Source: a virus
Lineage: Duplodnaviria; Caudoviricetes
Direction: 5' to 3' (one strand)
Length of the DNA stretch: 63,053 bases
Virus record (IMG/VR): IMGVR_UViG_3300027304_000136
Span: 1 to 63,053 of that record
The position numbers were made by a program, and so were the translations under genes. A model generated the notes under the pieces. That model saw nothing but the letters and a program-made list of their open reading frames with translations. It was not told where the DNA came from and did no database searches. Of this stretch, positions 51,201 through 59,364 are shown piece after piece; within the stretch, counting starts at the first letter, position 1, and the number at the start of each line of letters is the position of its first letter.

Positions 51201-53457
51201 GAGAGGAGAATACGCACTTAATACTTATTATGCAAATGATGTAATTAGTTATTCCGGAAGTGCATGGATTTGTGTTGTTGACAATACATACGATCTTAAT
51301 CCAGGTGATGGAGAACAAACTTCATGGCAATTACTAGCTGCACAAGGTTCTCAAGGATTTACTGGAAATAATGGAGCTCAAGGTAATCAAGGTCGACAAG
51401 GACCAACTGGTATTCAAGGAACATTTGGTGCTCAAGGTAATCAAGGACCAACTGGTATTCAAGGAACTGTAGGTACTCAAGGTTTCCAAGGTAATCAAGG
51501 ACCGACTGGTATACAAGGAACATTTGGAGCTCAAGGTAACCAAGGACCTACTGGATTCCAAGGTAATCAAGGTGCTTCAGCAGCAACTTCTATAACAAAT
51601 AATACTGATAATTATGTAGTAACTGCTACTGGTAACGGTGCTACTCCATTTAACGGTGAATCGCTACTTCAATTCGATGGAAGTGCATTAAAAATGTTAT
51701 TTCAATCTGGTGATGAAGGCGGTGAAATATTTTTAAATAAAGCAGTAACTAATACAACACTTTCTGGTGGTATAACTGTTGATGTTTGGCAAGATAGATT
51801 AAGATTTTTTGAATCAGGTGGAACAGCAAGAGGAGCTTATATTGACCTTTCAGCAACTGCTGCTGGTGTTGGTACCAATCTATTAGCTGGTGGTCCACAA
51901 GGAAATACTGGAGCGCAAGGACGTCAAGGTCCTCAAGGTTTAAATGGTGCTCAAGGAAATCAAGGACCAACTGGAATACAAGGAACAGTTGGAGCTCAAG
52001 GTAATCAAGGACCAACTGGAATACAAGGAACAGTTGGAGCTCAAGGTAATCAAGGACCAACTGGAATACAAGGAACGGTTGGAGCTCAAGGTAATCAAGG
52101 ACCAACTGGTATTCAAGGAACAGTCGGAGCTCAAGGTAATCAAGGTCGACAAGGACCAACTGGTATTCAAGGAACAGTTGGTACCGATGGACTAAGTCTG
52201 CTAGCAGATCCTGCAATAATAAATCCTAACGGAGAATTTATTGGTGCTTACTACGGACAACAATTTTATGCAGCAAACGGTATTATATGGTACTGGGATA
52301 ACGAATTATGGCAACAACAATATAATTTAACTGGTCCTCAAGGATTTACCGGAGGAACAGGCGCCCAAGGTAGACAAGGACCGAATGGACCACAAGGAAA
52401 TCAAGGACCAACTGGTCTTCAAGGAACCTTAGGTCAACAAGGAAATCAAGGACCAACTGGTCAACAAGGAAATCAAGGACCAACTGGTCTTCAAGGAACT
52501 TTAGGTGCTCAAGGAAATCAAGGACCGACTGGTATTCAAGGAACAGTTGGAGCTCAAGGTAATCAAGGTCCGACCGGTATTCAAGGTACTGTTGGTGCTC
52601 AAGGTCGTCAAGGACCGACTGGAGATCAAGGTACTGTTGGTGCTCAAGGTCGTCAAGGACCGACTGGAGATCAAGGAACTTTAGGAGCTCAAGGTCGTCA
52701 AGGACCAACTGGAATACAAGGAACAGTTGGGGCTCAAGGTAATCAAGGACCAACTGGAATACAAGGAACAGTTGGAGCTCAAGGTAATCAAGGACCAACC
52801 GGTCTTCAAGGAACTTTAGGTGCTGCATCAACCGTTGCTGGTCCTCAGGGTCGACAAGGTCCTAATGGTGCAGATTCAGCAGTTGCTGGTCCTCAAGGTC
52901 GTCAAGGACCAACTGGAATACAAGGAACTGCTGGAACAAACGCAACAGGAACTCAAGGATTTCAAGGAATTCAAGGAACTGCTGGAACAAACGCAACAGG
53001 AACTCAAGGATTTCAAGGAATTCAAGGAAGTGCTGGTTCGAACTCAACTGTTGCCGGCCCTCCAGGCCCTCCAGGTGGTTCTGGAACATCAAACGTGTAT
53101 GCGACTGCAATGGATCAGTATGTTAGAACAATTGATTCTCCTACATTTGCTGATGTAACTATTTCTTCAGATGCTAGATTAAAAACTAACATCGAAGTGA
53201 TTACCAACGCCTTAGCGACAATCATGCAAATCAATGGTGTTACATATAACTGGAGTGAAGAAATGCTAAGGATGTCTCCTAGTAAATCAGGACAGACTGG
53301 TTATGGATTCATTGCACAAGAACTTGAAAAAGTTTTACCACACTTAGTAAAAGCTGGAGATTATAAGTCAATTCAATATGATGGATTGATTCCGATACTA
53401 TTACAAGCAATTAAAGAATTATATTTAGAAATAGAGAAACTAAAGAAGAATTCTTAA
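48244..53457 (+). CDS. Giant collagen-like fibre with C-terminal S74 chaperone
   Basis: [15 protein letters not shown] repeats; SSDARLKTNI...GFIAQELE..LP. Confidence 0.9.
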   Translation: MAVFKNIATINPTDGNPFYVLSLQSSEFVLGSSAGDFTFGIVLPKVNQTGTIKLVPGMKFTITDRDGYITSGGPQIFRHVNETSTVIINGQSITASVGYSMMDVPFTSYVLTYNGDGIWTMLEGADGNITGATGATGAQGDRGFQGFQGNNSTVAGQQGSQGATGTGAQGTQGNQGPDGIQGTAGSQGTQGRQGPTGIGTTGSQGTTGQGFSIHQIYNSVEELLSNTIPDGLFGLVAGTLPQDDPNYGSLYLYTAGTWTYITDMSVQGAAGIQGTQGGLGSQGRQGPTGVQGAVGSQGNQGPTGLQGIEGQQGTEGQQGDQGTTGPQGEQGTYGAQGNDGINGINGDQGATGPQGNTGAQGRQGPTGQQGNQGNQGDTGPQGIEGQQGNQGPTGDQGTAGTNGSVGGGIFYANLYGGQIDELGSWMWVNGFSNNEYFTPTATYALYLSGNLYTDSTFTTAIDIESIRLNHGAGDYIQLMAVDGSGFGTYKITSRYDSDTPGHTNGSVYQLQGIGGAGIVGNNVENYEVSVSFQKSGPQGYTGSTGPQGTTGAQGIQGTFGQQGNQGPTGLQGTLGQQGNQGPTGLQGTFGAQGDQGLTSKWHAEFGAPMPWPHPYGEEYNFGDHWLNADTGDVFEFDGMEFILVGNIQGPTGIQGTTGTQGNQGPTGTGAQGTAGAQGNQGPTGLQGNQGPTGIQGTFGQQGNQGPTGIQGTFGQQGNQGPTGLQGTLGQQGNQGPTGIQGTLGQQGNQGPTGLQGTVGQQGNQGPTGIQGTLGQQGNQGPTGIQGNIGQGFNIYQIYNSVEELLADNIPSGLFGLVAGTLPQSNSDYGALYYYDGEVWTYITDMSVQGAAGIQGTTGAQGRQGPTGVQGNQGPTGIQGTLGQQGNQGPTGFQGNQGPTGIQGTFGQQGNQGPTGLQGTIGQQGNQGPTGIQGTFGQQGNQGPNGIQGTVGTQGFQGRQGPQGNQGPTGIQGTLGNQGFQGLSLNWRGEYALNTYYANDVISYSGSAWICVVDNTYDLNPGDGEQTSWQLLAAQGSQGFTGNNGAQGNQGRQGPTGIQGTFGAQGNQGPTGIQGTVGTQGFQGNQGPTGIQGTFGAQGNQGPTGFQGNQGASAATSITNNTDNYVVTATGNGATPFNGESLLQFDGSALKMLFQSGDEGGEIFLNKAVTNTTLSGGITVDVWQDRLRFFESGGTARGAYIDLSATAAGVGTNLLAGGPQGNTGAQGRQGPQGLNGAQGNQGPTGIQGTVGAQGNQGPTGIQGTVGAQGNQGPTGIQGTVGAQGNQGPTGIQGTVGAQGNQGRQGPTGIQGTVGTDGLSLLADPAIINPNGEFIGAYYGQQFYAANGIIWYWDNELWQQQYNLTGPQGFTGGTGAQGRQGPNGPQGNQGPTGLQGTLGQQGNQGPTGQQGNQGPTGLQGTLGAQGNQGPTGIQGTVGAQGNQGPTGIQGTVGAQGRQGPTGDQGTVGAQGRQGPTGDQGTLGAQGRQGPTGIQGTVGAQGNQGPTGIQGTVGAQGNQGPTGLQGTLGAASTVAGPQGRQGPNGADSAVAGPQGRQGPTGIQGTAGTNATGTQGFQGIQGTAGTNATGTQGFQGIQGSAGSNSTVAGPPGPPGGSGTSNVYATAMDQYVRTIDSPTFADVTISSDARLKTNIEVITNALATIMQINGVTYNWSEEMLRMSPSKSGQTGYGFIAQELEKVLPHLVKAGDYKSIQYDGLIPILLQAIKELYLEIEKLKKNS
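51950..52175 (+). repeat. 45-bp coding tandem repeat ([15 protein letters not shown])
   Basis: GGAGCTCAAGGTAATCAAGGACCAACTGGAATACAAGGAACAGTT repeated; related arrays at about 50300-50600 and 52490-52820. Confidence 0.85.
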
Positions 53458-53468
53458 TATAAGTATAG

Positions 53469-54146
53469 ATGAATAATGTAAATAAATCTATATACAAGAA
53501 AAACAGGCGCAGAAGCCGATATGACAAATTATCGTCAGATATCGTAGCTTCTGCGCTTTCTTTATGGAAAAAGGATTTCGATAACGGAAAGACACTATCA
53601 CAATATTTTGATCAGATTGAAGATTTCTTAGAATTTGACATACATTGCGATATTATATTTAAAGGAGAAGGTTTCTCAGTTTTAGATTCTACTGGTAGTG
53701 ATGCCCGAGATTTCGATGATGACGATGATTCAATGACACCATTTATTCAAGTAAGTTTTGCAGTTGATCCAACGTGGCTTCCAGACTACTGGGAAGAGAT
53801 TTATTATTATTTATGTGATGTTGTTCGACATGAGATAGAACATATCACACAAGATGGTATTTCAATTGAAAACTACAAGGCTGGAAAGCCAATCGAAGAT
53901 GATTCAGCACTTAGATTATTAATTAATAGCGGAGTACTCGGAAGAGCGGAGTATTTGATTTTACCTAAAGAAGTTGATGCTAATATCCAAGGTCTTCGCT
54001 TTGAAAGCAGGAAACGCAAAGAATCTATGATAAATACTATAGATCGATACTTAGATACCCAAGGTTTGACACAGGATGAACGAGAAGATGTACTGGATGT
54101 ATGGAGACAAAGATCTAAAAAAATAGGAGGAATCCCAACATTCTAA
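53469..54146 (+). CDS. Putative zincin metalloprotease-like protein
   Basis: HEIEH..Q and downstream EVDA. Confidence 0.6.
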   Translation: MNNVNKSIYKKNRRRSRYDKLSSDIVASALSLWKKDFDNGKTLSQYFDQIEDFLEFDIHCDIIFKGEGFSVLDSTGSDARDFDDDDDSMTPFIQVSFAVDPTWLPDYWEEIYYYLCDVVRHEIEHITQDGISIENYKAGKPIEDDSALRLLINSGVLGRAEYLILPKEVDANIQGLRFESRKRKESMINTIDRYLDTQGLTQDEREDVLDVWRQRSKKIGGIPTF

Positions 54147-54737
54147 ATGAAAAGAGTTAAGCAATTTGAAGAACATTTTGACCGTAAAGAATTGGTCGAC
54201 AATATTTATGAATCCTTAAAGGATTATCAAACTCGTGAAGAGATTGAAGAATTTGTTGGAGAAGGTTTCTTTGATTTTATTAAAGGTCTTGTCATGAATC
54301 CTCTTAAAAAGCGTCAATTAAATAAATTAGCAGACCGATTAGTTTCTGTTAGAATTGAAATTGGCAAGTTACAAATTGAGGGCGATGAGGTTGAACAGTT
54401 TGAAGATGAGCTAGAAAGCAAGTATGATGAATACGATTATAACGCTCCTACTGCTCCAAAATCAAGTAAGAGTTCAAGTACACATGATGTAAAAATTGAA
54501 TTGTTAGAAGCTCAAGAAGAAGACATTATTACAATGATGGATGCTATTGGCGAAGAAAATGAAACACTTGCAAAATATGTTTCTAAAGTAAAATTAGAAG
54601 CAAGATTTAAATCGACCGAAGCTCTTATGAGGTTTGCCGATTCAGACATTAAGCGTACTCTAAGCAAAATGATACAACAAGATAAGAAGAAAATTGACGC
54701 ATTAGACAAAGAAATTAAACAAGACATCAATGATTAG
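54147..54737 (+). CDS. Leader-like coiled-coil protein
   Basis: MKRVKQFEEHF; internal EEFVGEG. Confidence 0.75.
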   Translation: MKRVKQFEEHFDRKELVDNIYESLKDYQTREEIEEFVGEGFFDFIKGLVMNPLKKRQLNKLADRLVSVRIEIGKLQIEGDEVEQFEDELESKYDEYDYNAPTAPKSSKSSSTHDVKIELLEAQEEDIITMMDAIGEENETLAKYVSKVKLEARFKSTEALMRFADSDIKRTLSKMIQQDKKKIDALDKEIKQDIND

Positions 54738-54854
54738 ATGACACTGGTTGGTTGATATTTTTGACTATATAATCAATCATAAAGATAAAGATAATTAAGC
54801 CAAGTGGTTCTCTGTGACCACCTTTTCTATAAAAATCACACATTTACTATAAAA

Positions 54855-55412
54855 ATGATAAAAGAAGCATATTCCAAGACAAAAATTCTAATTTTCGACT
54901 TAGATGACACATTAGTCATCACACAGGCGAAGATTAAAGTTTGCGATTCGAAGAATGGAAATTGCTTCGAATTATCTCCAGAAGAGTTCAATACTTACCA
55001 AAGTAGCAAGAGACATATCCTAAATTTTGATGATTTTAAGAACTTAGACATCATGAAAGCTGGAAAACTAATTCAAAAATACTTAGATATTTTAGAAAAG
55101 AATTACAAGAGGGGAAATGCGATTGGAGTAATTACAGCAAGAGACGATCAAGACATGATTTATACTTGGTTAAAAGACCATGTTGGATTTGATGTTAAGC
55201 GAGAATTTATATGGGCAATTAATGACCCTAAAATGAAACTATCCGGCTCAATCGCAGAAAAGAAAAAAGAAGCGATGAAATGGTTTGTTGAAAAAGGCTA
55301 CACTGATATTACGTTCTTCGATGACGATGTTAACAACATAGATTTAATTAATCAACTAGGCAGAGAACTTGCAGATGTTTCAATTAAAACACATTTAGCC
55401 AAACACGCTTAA
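54855..55412 (+). CDS. HAD-superfamily hydrolase
   Basis: FDLDDTL, ITAR, K, FFDDD. Confidence 0.85.
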   Translation: MIKEAYSKTKILIFDLDDTLVITQAKIKVCDSKNGNCFELSPEEFNTYQSSKRHILNFDDFKNLDIMKAGKLIQKYLDILEKNYKRGNAIGVITARDDQDMIYTWLKDHVGFDVKREFIWAINDPKMKLSGSIAEKKKEAMKWFVEKGYTDITFFDDDVNNIDLINQLGRELADVSIKTHLAKHA

Positions 55413-55437
55413 TAAATATACAAATATAATTAAGAAC

Positions 55438-55758
55438 ATGAAACATATTAAATTATTTGAAGATTTCATAAATGAAGCACAGATCGATAACGATTATACT
55501 TTCGATAGTCGTGAGGACTATAATAAGGCTGTTGCAGCTCTATATAATGCTGGTTTATATAGATCGGGAAGTGGCAATCCACCAAAGGGCGATGAACCTG
55601 GCACATACAAAGAGGATGAAAACTGGTTAAACCTTAGAATCATCAGTGGTGAAAAAGAAGCAGTTAAGATCCTAAAGAAAACAAAACTTAAATATAAGGC
55701 CAAATACCAAAAGCCAATGGGCTATAAAGTATTCAACCAAGGAGGATACCTAGACTAA
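55438..55758 (+). CDS. Leader-family hypothetical protein
   Basis: MKHIKLFEDFINE. Confidence 0.8.
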   Translation: MKHIKLFEDFINEAQIDNDYTFDSREDYNKAVAALYNAGLYRSGSGNPPKGDEPGTYKEDENWLNLRIISGEKEAVKILKKTKLKYKAKYQKPMGYKVFNQGGYLD

Positions 55759-56021
55759 TGAAACACATTAAATTATTTGAAGATTTCATAAATGAAGCTA
55801 TATCAGTAGATGCGGCATACGTTCATCAAATTACAAGATGTGGCCAAGATGCTGCACAAAATTTCATTGATGATAATAAGATAGATGGTAAAAAGTTAGC
55901 TGATTATGTTAAACAGCACAGAGATTCTAAAGAGAAATACGACGTTAGAGATATTATTGCAGGTACTGGAGTAGGAGCTAATAAAAGTTTCGTAAAAAGA
56001 TTCATTAAAGAGCTTAAATAA
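55758..56021 (+). CDS. Leader-family hypothetical protein
   Basis: MKHIKLFEDFINE. Confidence 0.8.
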   Translation: MKHIKLFEDFINEAISVDAAYVHQITRCGQDAAQNFIDDNKIDGKKLADYVKQHRDSKEKYDVRDIIAGTGVGANKSFVKRFIKELK

Positions 56022-56022
56022 C

Positions 56023-56433
56023 ATGAAGCATATTAAACTATACGAAGATTTCGTAACTGAGTCGAAGGACATGAAAAGATGGGGTAATGAATTATGGAAC
56101 CGTGCTGACGAATTCAAACGTAAGAAACTAATTCAAAGTCGACTTGGAGTCGAGCAACCAACCGAAGACCTAGTTAAATTGCCTTGGTCAGAACTACCAC
56201 AAGAAATCCGTAAGGAAGTAATTGAAATTAAGGAAATGGCCAGTACCGATGTTCATTATAAGAATATTATGGCTCATTACGACCAGGCAACCGCAACAGG
56301 CAAACACCAAATCGAGATCGTAGTAACTGGTAAAAAATCAAACCGTGCTAAAGTCGAAGAGGAACTATTAGATACAACATATGAAGATATTCTACAATTC
56401 GAAGAGGAACTAGGAATCATAGATAAATACTAA
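56023..56433 (+). CDS. Leader-family hypothetical protein
   Basis: MKHIKLYEDFVTE. Confidence 0.8.
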   Translation: MKHIKLYEDFVTESKDMKRWGNELWNRADEFKRKKLIQSRLGVEQPTEDLVKLPWSELPQEIRKEVIEIKEMASTDVHYKNIMAHYDQATATGKHQIEIVVTGKKSNRAKVEEELLDTTYEDILQFEEELGIIDKY

Positions 56434-56444
56434 AAGGTATAATC

Positions 56445-56702
56445 ATGGCAACAACGCTAATTTACGACAGAATTCTAGAAATCAAAGATATGGTATACCA
56501 TGTTGAACAGTGGACAGGAACATTAGAAGCTCTAGAGGCGCAACATCCAAACCATGATATTTACCTATACGAACCACCAATCGTGACTCCACCCGTCCTA
56601 GTAGAAGGAGAGGAACCAATTGAAACACCAACAGTCTATCCAACAGAATGGACTCCAGTCGATCCAATTGCAGCGATTGTAATTAAACAAACAAGATTAT
56701 GA
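56445..56702 (+). CDS. Hypothetical Pro/Glu-rich protein
   Basis: ORF in operon. Confidence 0.65.
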   Translation: MATTLIYDRILEIKDMVYHVEQWTGTLEALEAQHPNHDIYLYEPPIVTPPVLVEGEEPIETPTVYPTEWTPVDPIAAIVIKQTRL

Positions 56703-57031
56703 AACAAGTTAAAGTATTCGAACAATTTTTCATGGAGGCAGTCGAAACCGCAGTTAATCAATTTGCCAAAGACGAGATCCAAGATGGACATGACGCTAAG
56801 GTTTTCTTAGGTCAATTTAATGGTGATCAGTTCAAGGCACAGCAAACAGACAAAACCTGGCCAGACGGAACTCCAGTTACCAAACATTTTAACAAATTTC
56901 AAAACGTATCCTTAAAAGGAGAGTACCAACTAGTCGATTCAGACCGAGGTTGGTGGTATATCCTAGGACCAAAGAGTACATGGTACGCAGTAAAACATGC
57001 AGACTATGGAACACCACCATTTGAATATTAA
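56699..57031 (+). CDS. Leader-family hypothetical protein
   Basis: MKQVKVFEQFFME. Confidence 0.78.
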   Translation: MKQVKVFEQFFMEAVETAVNQFAKDEIQDGHDAKVFLGQFNGDQFKAQQTDKTWPDGTPVTKHFNKFQNVSLKGEYQLVDSDRGWWYILGPKSTWYAVKHADYGTPPFEY

Positions 57032-57046
57032 AAACAAATTATAACA

Positions 57047-57250
57047 ATGGCACATCAAGCACAATTAATAGCAGTCGATGGTACAATTGCACCATCCCCA
57101 ACCGAACCAACATCACAACAGATCAATGAAGTTCAGAATTTCAATTGCTCAGTACAAGAACTAATTAGCAGGAACCCAGGAAAAGAAATACTCTTGGTCC
57201 ATACCAGCCACACTAATCAATTCAATGCCACAGGAATTATCCTAGGCTAA
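57047..57250 (+). CDS. Hypothetical protein
   Basis: Last ORF before terminator. Confidence 0.6.
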   Translation: MAHQAQLIAVDGTIAPSPTEPTSQQINEVQNFNCSVQELISRNPGKEILLVHTSHTNQFNATGIILG

Positions 57251-57282
57251 ACACCCGTTGCGACAACCAAACCCTAGTTAAA

Positions 57283-57309
57283 GGAGGACCTAACCGTCCT
57301 CTTTTTTTA
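57283..57309 (+). terminator. Intrinsic terminator
   Basis: GAGGAC-CTAACC-GTCCTC plus T-run. Confidence 0.8.
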
Positions 57310-57799
57310 TGCCCGAAGTCCGGAGAGCCAGAACTCACGGCCCACCAATATACAATAAAATAAAAAATCTTAATAAGGATCTAAAAGAAAACCTAGATAA
57401 GAATAAGGGGGATCAGCAATAAGACAATAAAGATAGACAGATACCCGTGCCCTCTAGTCCCGTAGCGGTTACCCTAGTCCCTCTCCATATCCAGGTACTC
57501 CTAGTCTCCTGCTGGTCCAAACCGATATCTACCCTACGCGCGCGTGTACGTAGAGAACTAGATATATAGTGTTCAAGCCCTGAAGTCAGACCCCGAAGGG
57601 TCCTTAAACCTCAACTCACACATACACACCCGCGGTCTCTAGCGCCTACCTTCACTCCGCTGAAATCTCTAAGTACTGGGGGGGGGAGTAACCGCGAATT
57701 TACTACCGGTCGGATTAACTAACGAGCCCCGGACATGCCAAAAGGACCCGAACATCCACGAACAGATCCTTTGTAACCGGTATACCGGTCTGGCTAGTC

Positions 57800-58912
57800 T
57801 TAGATCTCTACTGAGTCCTGTTCTATTTCCGCTTCGGTAGCTAGAGTCGCTAAACCAAAGATTCGGTCCCAAGCGTCTGATTCCTTACCGATCTGTGCAA
57901 CTTCGGAAGCTACGATCTCGTCGTTATATAGGTCTCTGGCGTATCTGTCGCCGTCGAATCCTACTCCGTTCGTTAGGTTAAAATAGAGTTTCTTATTTAC
58001 TTGGCCGACGCGGTTCTTCGAGAACTCCATGTAGCGGGATCCTGAGTTTTCGGATCCGTCCCACTGTAGGCTCATCATCGACGTGGTCATGTGTTTTAGT
58101 TTATTCGACCCGACGAAGTTACCGCCTTTCGACAGCTGCAGGATCGTAATAAAGCAGGTGTGTTTCTTCGCGTCATTATTCGCGTCGTTATGGGTCGACA
58201 TCAGGTTGAGGAACCATTTTTCAACTTTACCGCGAGTAAGTCCGCATTCTTCTTTTACCGTGTCATTTACTTCGGTGTAGGAGTCAGTTAAGACTACGTC
58301 CCAACCTTGATTTAAGATTTTCTCAACGGCCTCTTTCGGACATTCTTCGTAATCGGATAGGAACAGGATCGGCAAATTACCCCATTTCGGGAATCTCTTT
58401 AAATATCTGGCCATGTCGATGCGGTTCATTTCGGCCGAGATAAAAAGAACTTTCTTACCGGCTTGGTTTAAGTTAGAGATCAGGTCTAGAAGAACCGTTG
58501 TTTTACCGATACCGGGAGCTCCAGCTGCCATGATATTAGAACCAGGTAGGAAACCACCTTCTTCGGAAACGAATTTGTCGAAGACAGTTCCAGTAGGAAG
58601 TGGTACGAATAAGTCTGGGTTAATATCTAGGTCGTCTAACATTGTCAACTTAACCTCAACTGATGGTTGACTGATGGTAACCGGAGACTTGCGGTTGGTT
58701 GCCATTGGTACCGCATAGATGTTATCGTAATCCTTTTGGCTATTCCAACGACCGGCATCGGTGATGTTTACGATACGACCTTGGTTCTGTGTCGTCCAGT
58801 TGTATTTTGCATGGTCTTTATTAACTAGGACCGTGTCATTAGGGTTTTCGATGTTTTCTAAGAAGAAGTTGTTCTCTTCTGTTTGGTGGACTGTGAATTG
58901 TTTTCTTGTCAT
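57800..58912 (-). CDS. RecA-superfamily ATPase (RadA/Sms-like)
   Basis: GAPGIGKT, LFISAEM, DS, G.F.GSN.LKHM, KNR.G. Confidence 0.85.
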   Translation of the reverse strand: MTRKQFTVHQTEENNFFLENIENPNDTVLVNKDHAKYNWTTQNQGRIVNITDAGRWNSQKDYDNIYAVPMATNRKSPVTISQPSVEVKLTMLDDLDINPDLFVPLPTGTVFDKFVSEEGGFLPGSNIMAAGAPGIGKTTVLLDLISNLNQAGKKVLFISAEMNRIDMARYLKRFPKWGNLPILFLSDYEECPKEAVEKILNQGWDVVLTDSYTEVNDTVKEECGLTRGKVEKWFLNLMSTHNDANNDAKKHTCFITILQLSKGGNFVGSNKLKHMTTSMMSLQWDGSENSGSRYMEFSKNRVGQVNKKLYFNLTNGVGFDGDRYARDLYNDEIVASEVAQIGKESDAWDRIFGLATLATEAEIEQDSVEI

Positions 58913-58930
58913 TTTTGTGGATGTTTAAAT

Positions 58931-58996
58931 GTTATATGTAAATATAAACAAAATTTTTCAATCGGGAAAAACATTTTGTTCAAAAAGTTATTAACA
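58931..58996 (-). promoter_or_regulatory. Class A promoter with TGTTAATAAC box
   Basis: Reverse complement of motif upstream of RadA-like gene. Confidence 0.8.
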
Positions 58997-58999
58997 ATT

Positions 59000-59218
59000 T
59001 TACTTGTTCTTATTACCTTTAATAACTTCGTAGATATCGGTACTAGCAGCATATAGGTACAAGAAACCAATCATTAGGGCTCCAACACAGAAAAACATTT
59101 CGTTTAATGGATCCGCGAATTTAACGTAGTTCTGTAGGGTACCTTGCATAGTCATGAAAGCTACTTTAAACGCTACTAAACAGTAGATGGTGTGGTAAAT
59201 AGGTGAATACTTTTGCAT
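59000..59218 (-). CDS. Small two-TM membrane protein
   Basis: Two hydrophobic segments; own promoter. Confidence 0.7.
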   Translation of the reverse strand: MQKYSPIYHTIYCLVAFKVAFMTMQGTLQNYVKFADPLNEMFFCVGALMIGFLYLYAASTDIYEVIKGNKNK

Positions 59219-59232
59219 AATGTGTAAGTTTT

Positions 59233-59311
59233 AATTTGTTATATGTAAATATAAACAAAATATTTTAAACGGTAAAACTTTTTTCACTTTATTTTCAAAA
59301 AGTTATTAACA
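59233..59311 (-). promoter_or_regulatory. Class A promoter with TGTTAATAAC box
   Basis: Reverse complement of motif. Confidence 0.8.
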
Positions 59312-59319
59312 TTTCACAT

Positions 59320-59347
59320 AAAAAAAGGGAGTCCGAAGACTCCCTTT
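59320..59347 (-). terminator. Intrinsic terminator
   Basis: AAAGGGAGTC-CGAA-GACTCCCTTT with A-run (U-tail on minus strand). Confidence 0.85.
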
Positions 59348-59364
59348 AACAAATTAAACAAGGA

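Noticed and set aside
40770-53158. Many alternative-frame and antisense ORFs over the fibre genes
   Set aside because: Shadow ORFs produced by low-complexity codon repeats
39931-53457. Regularly spaced direct repeats resembling a CRISPR array
   Set aside because: Repeats are in-frame multiples of 9 nt encoding G-X-Y collagen; no unique spacers and no cas genes
39931-53457. Diversity-generating retroelement acting on fibre genes
   Set aside because: No reverse transcriptase in the window, and module copies differ at all base types, not just adenines
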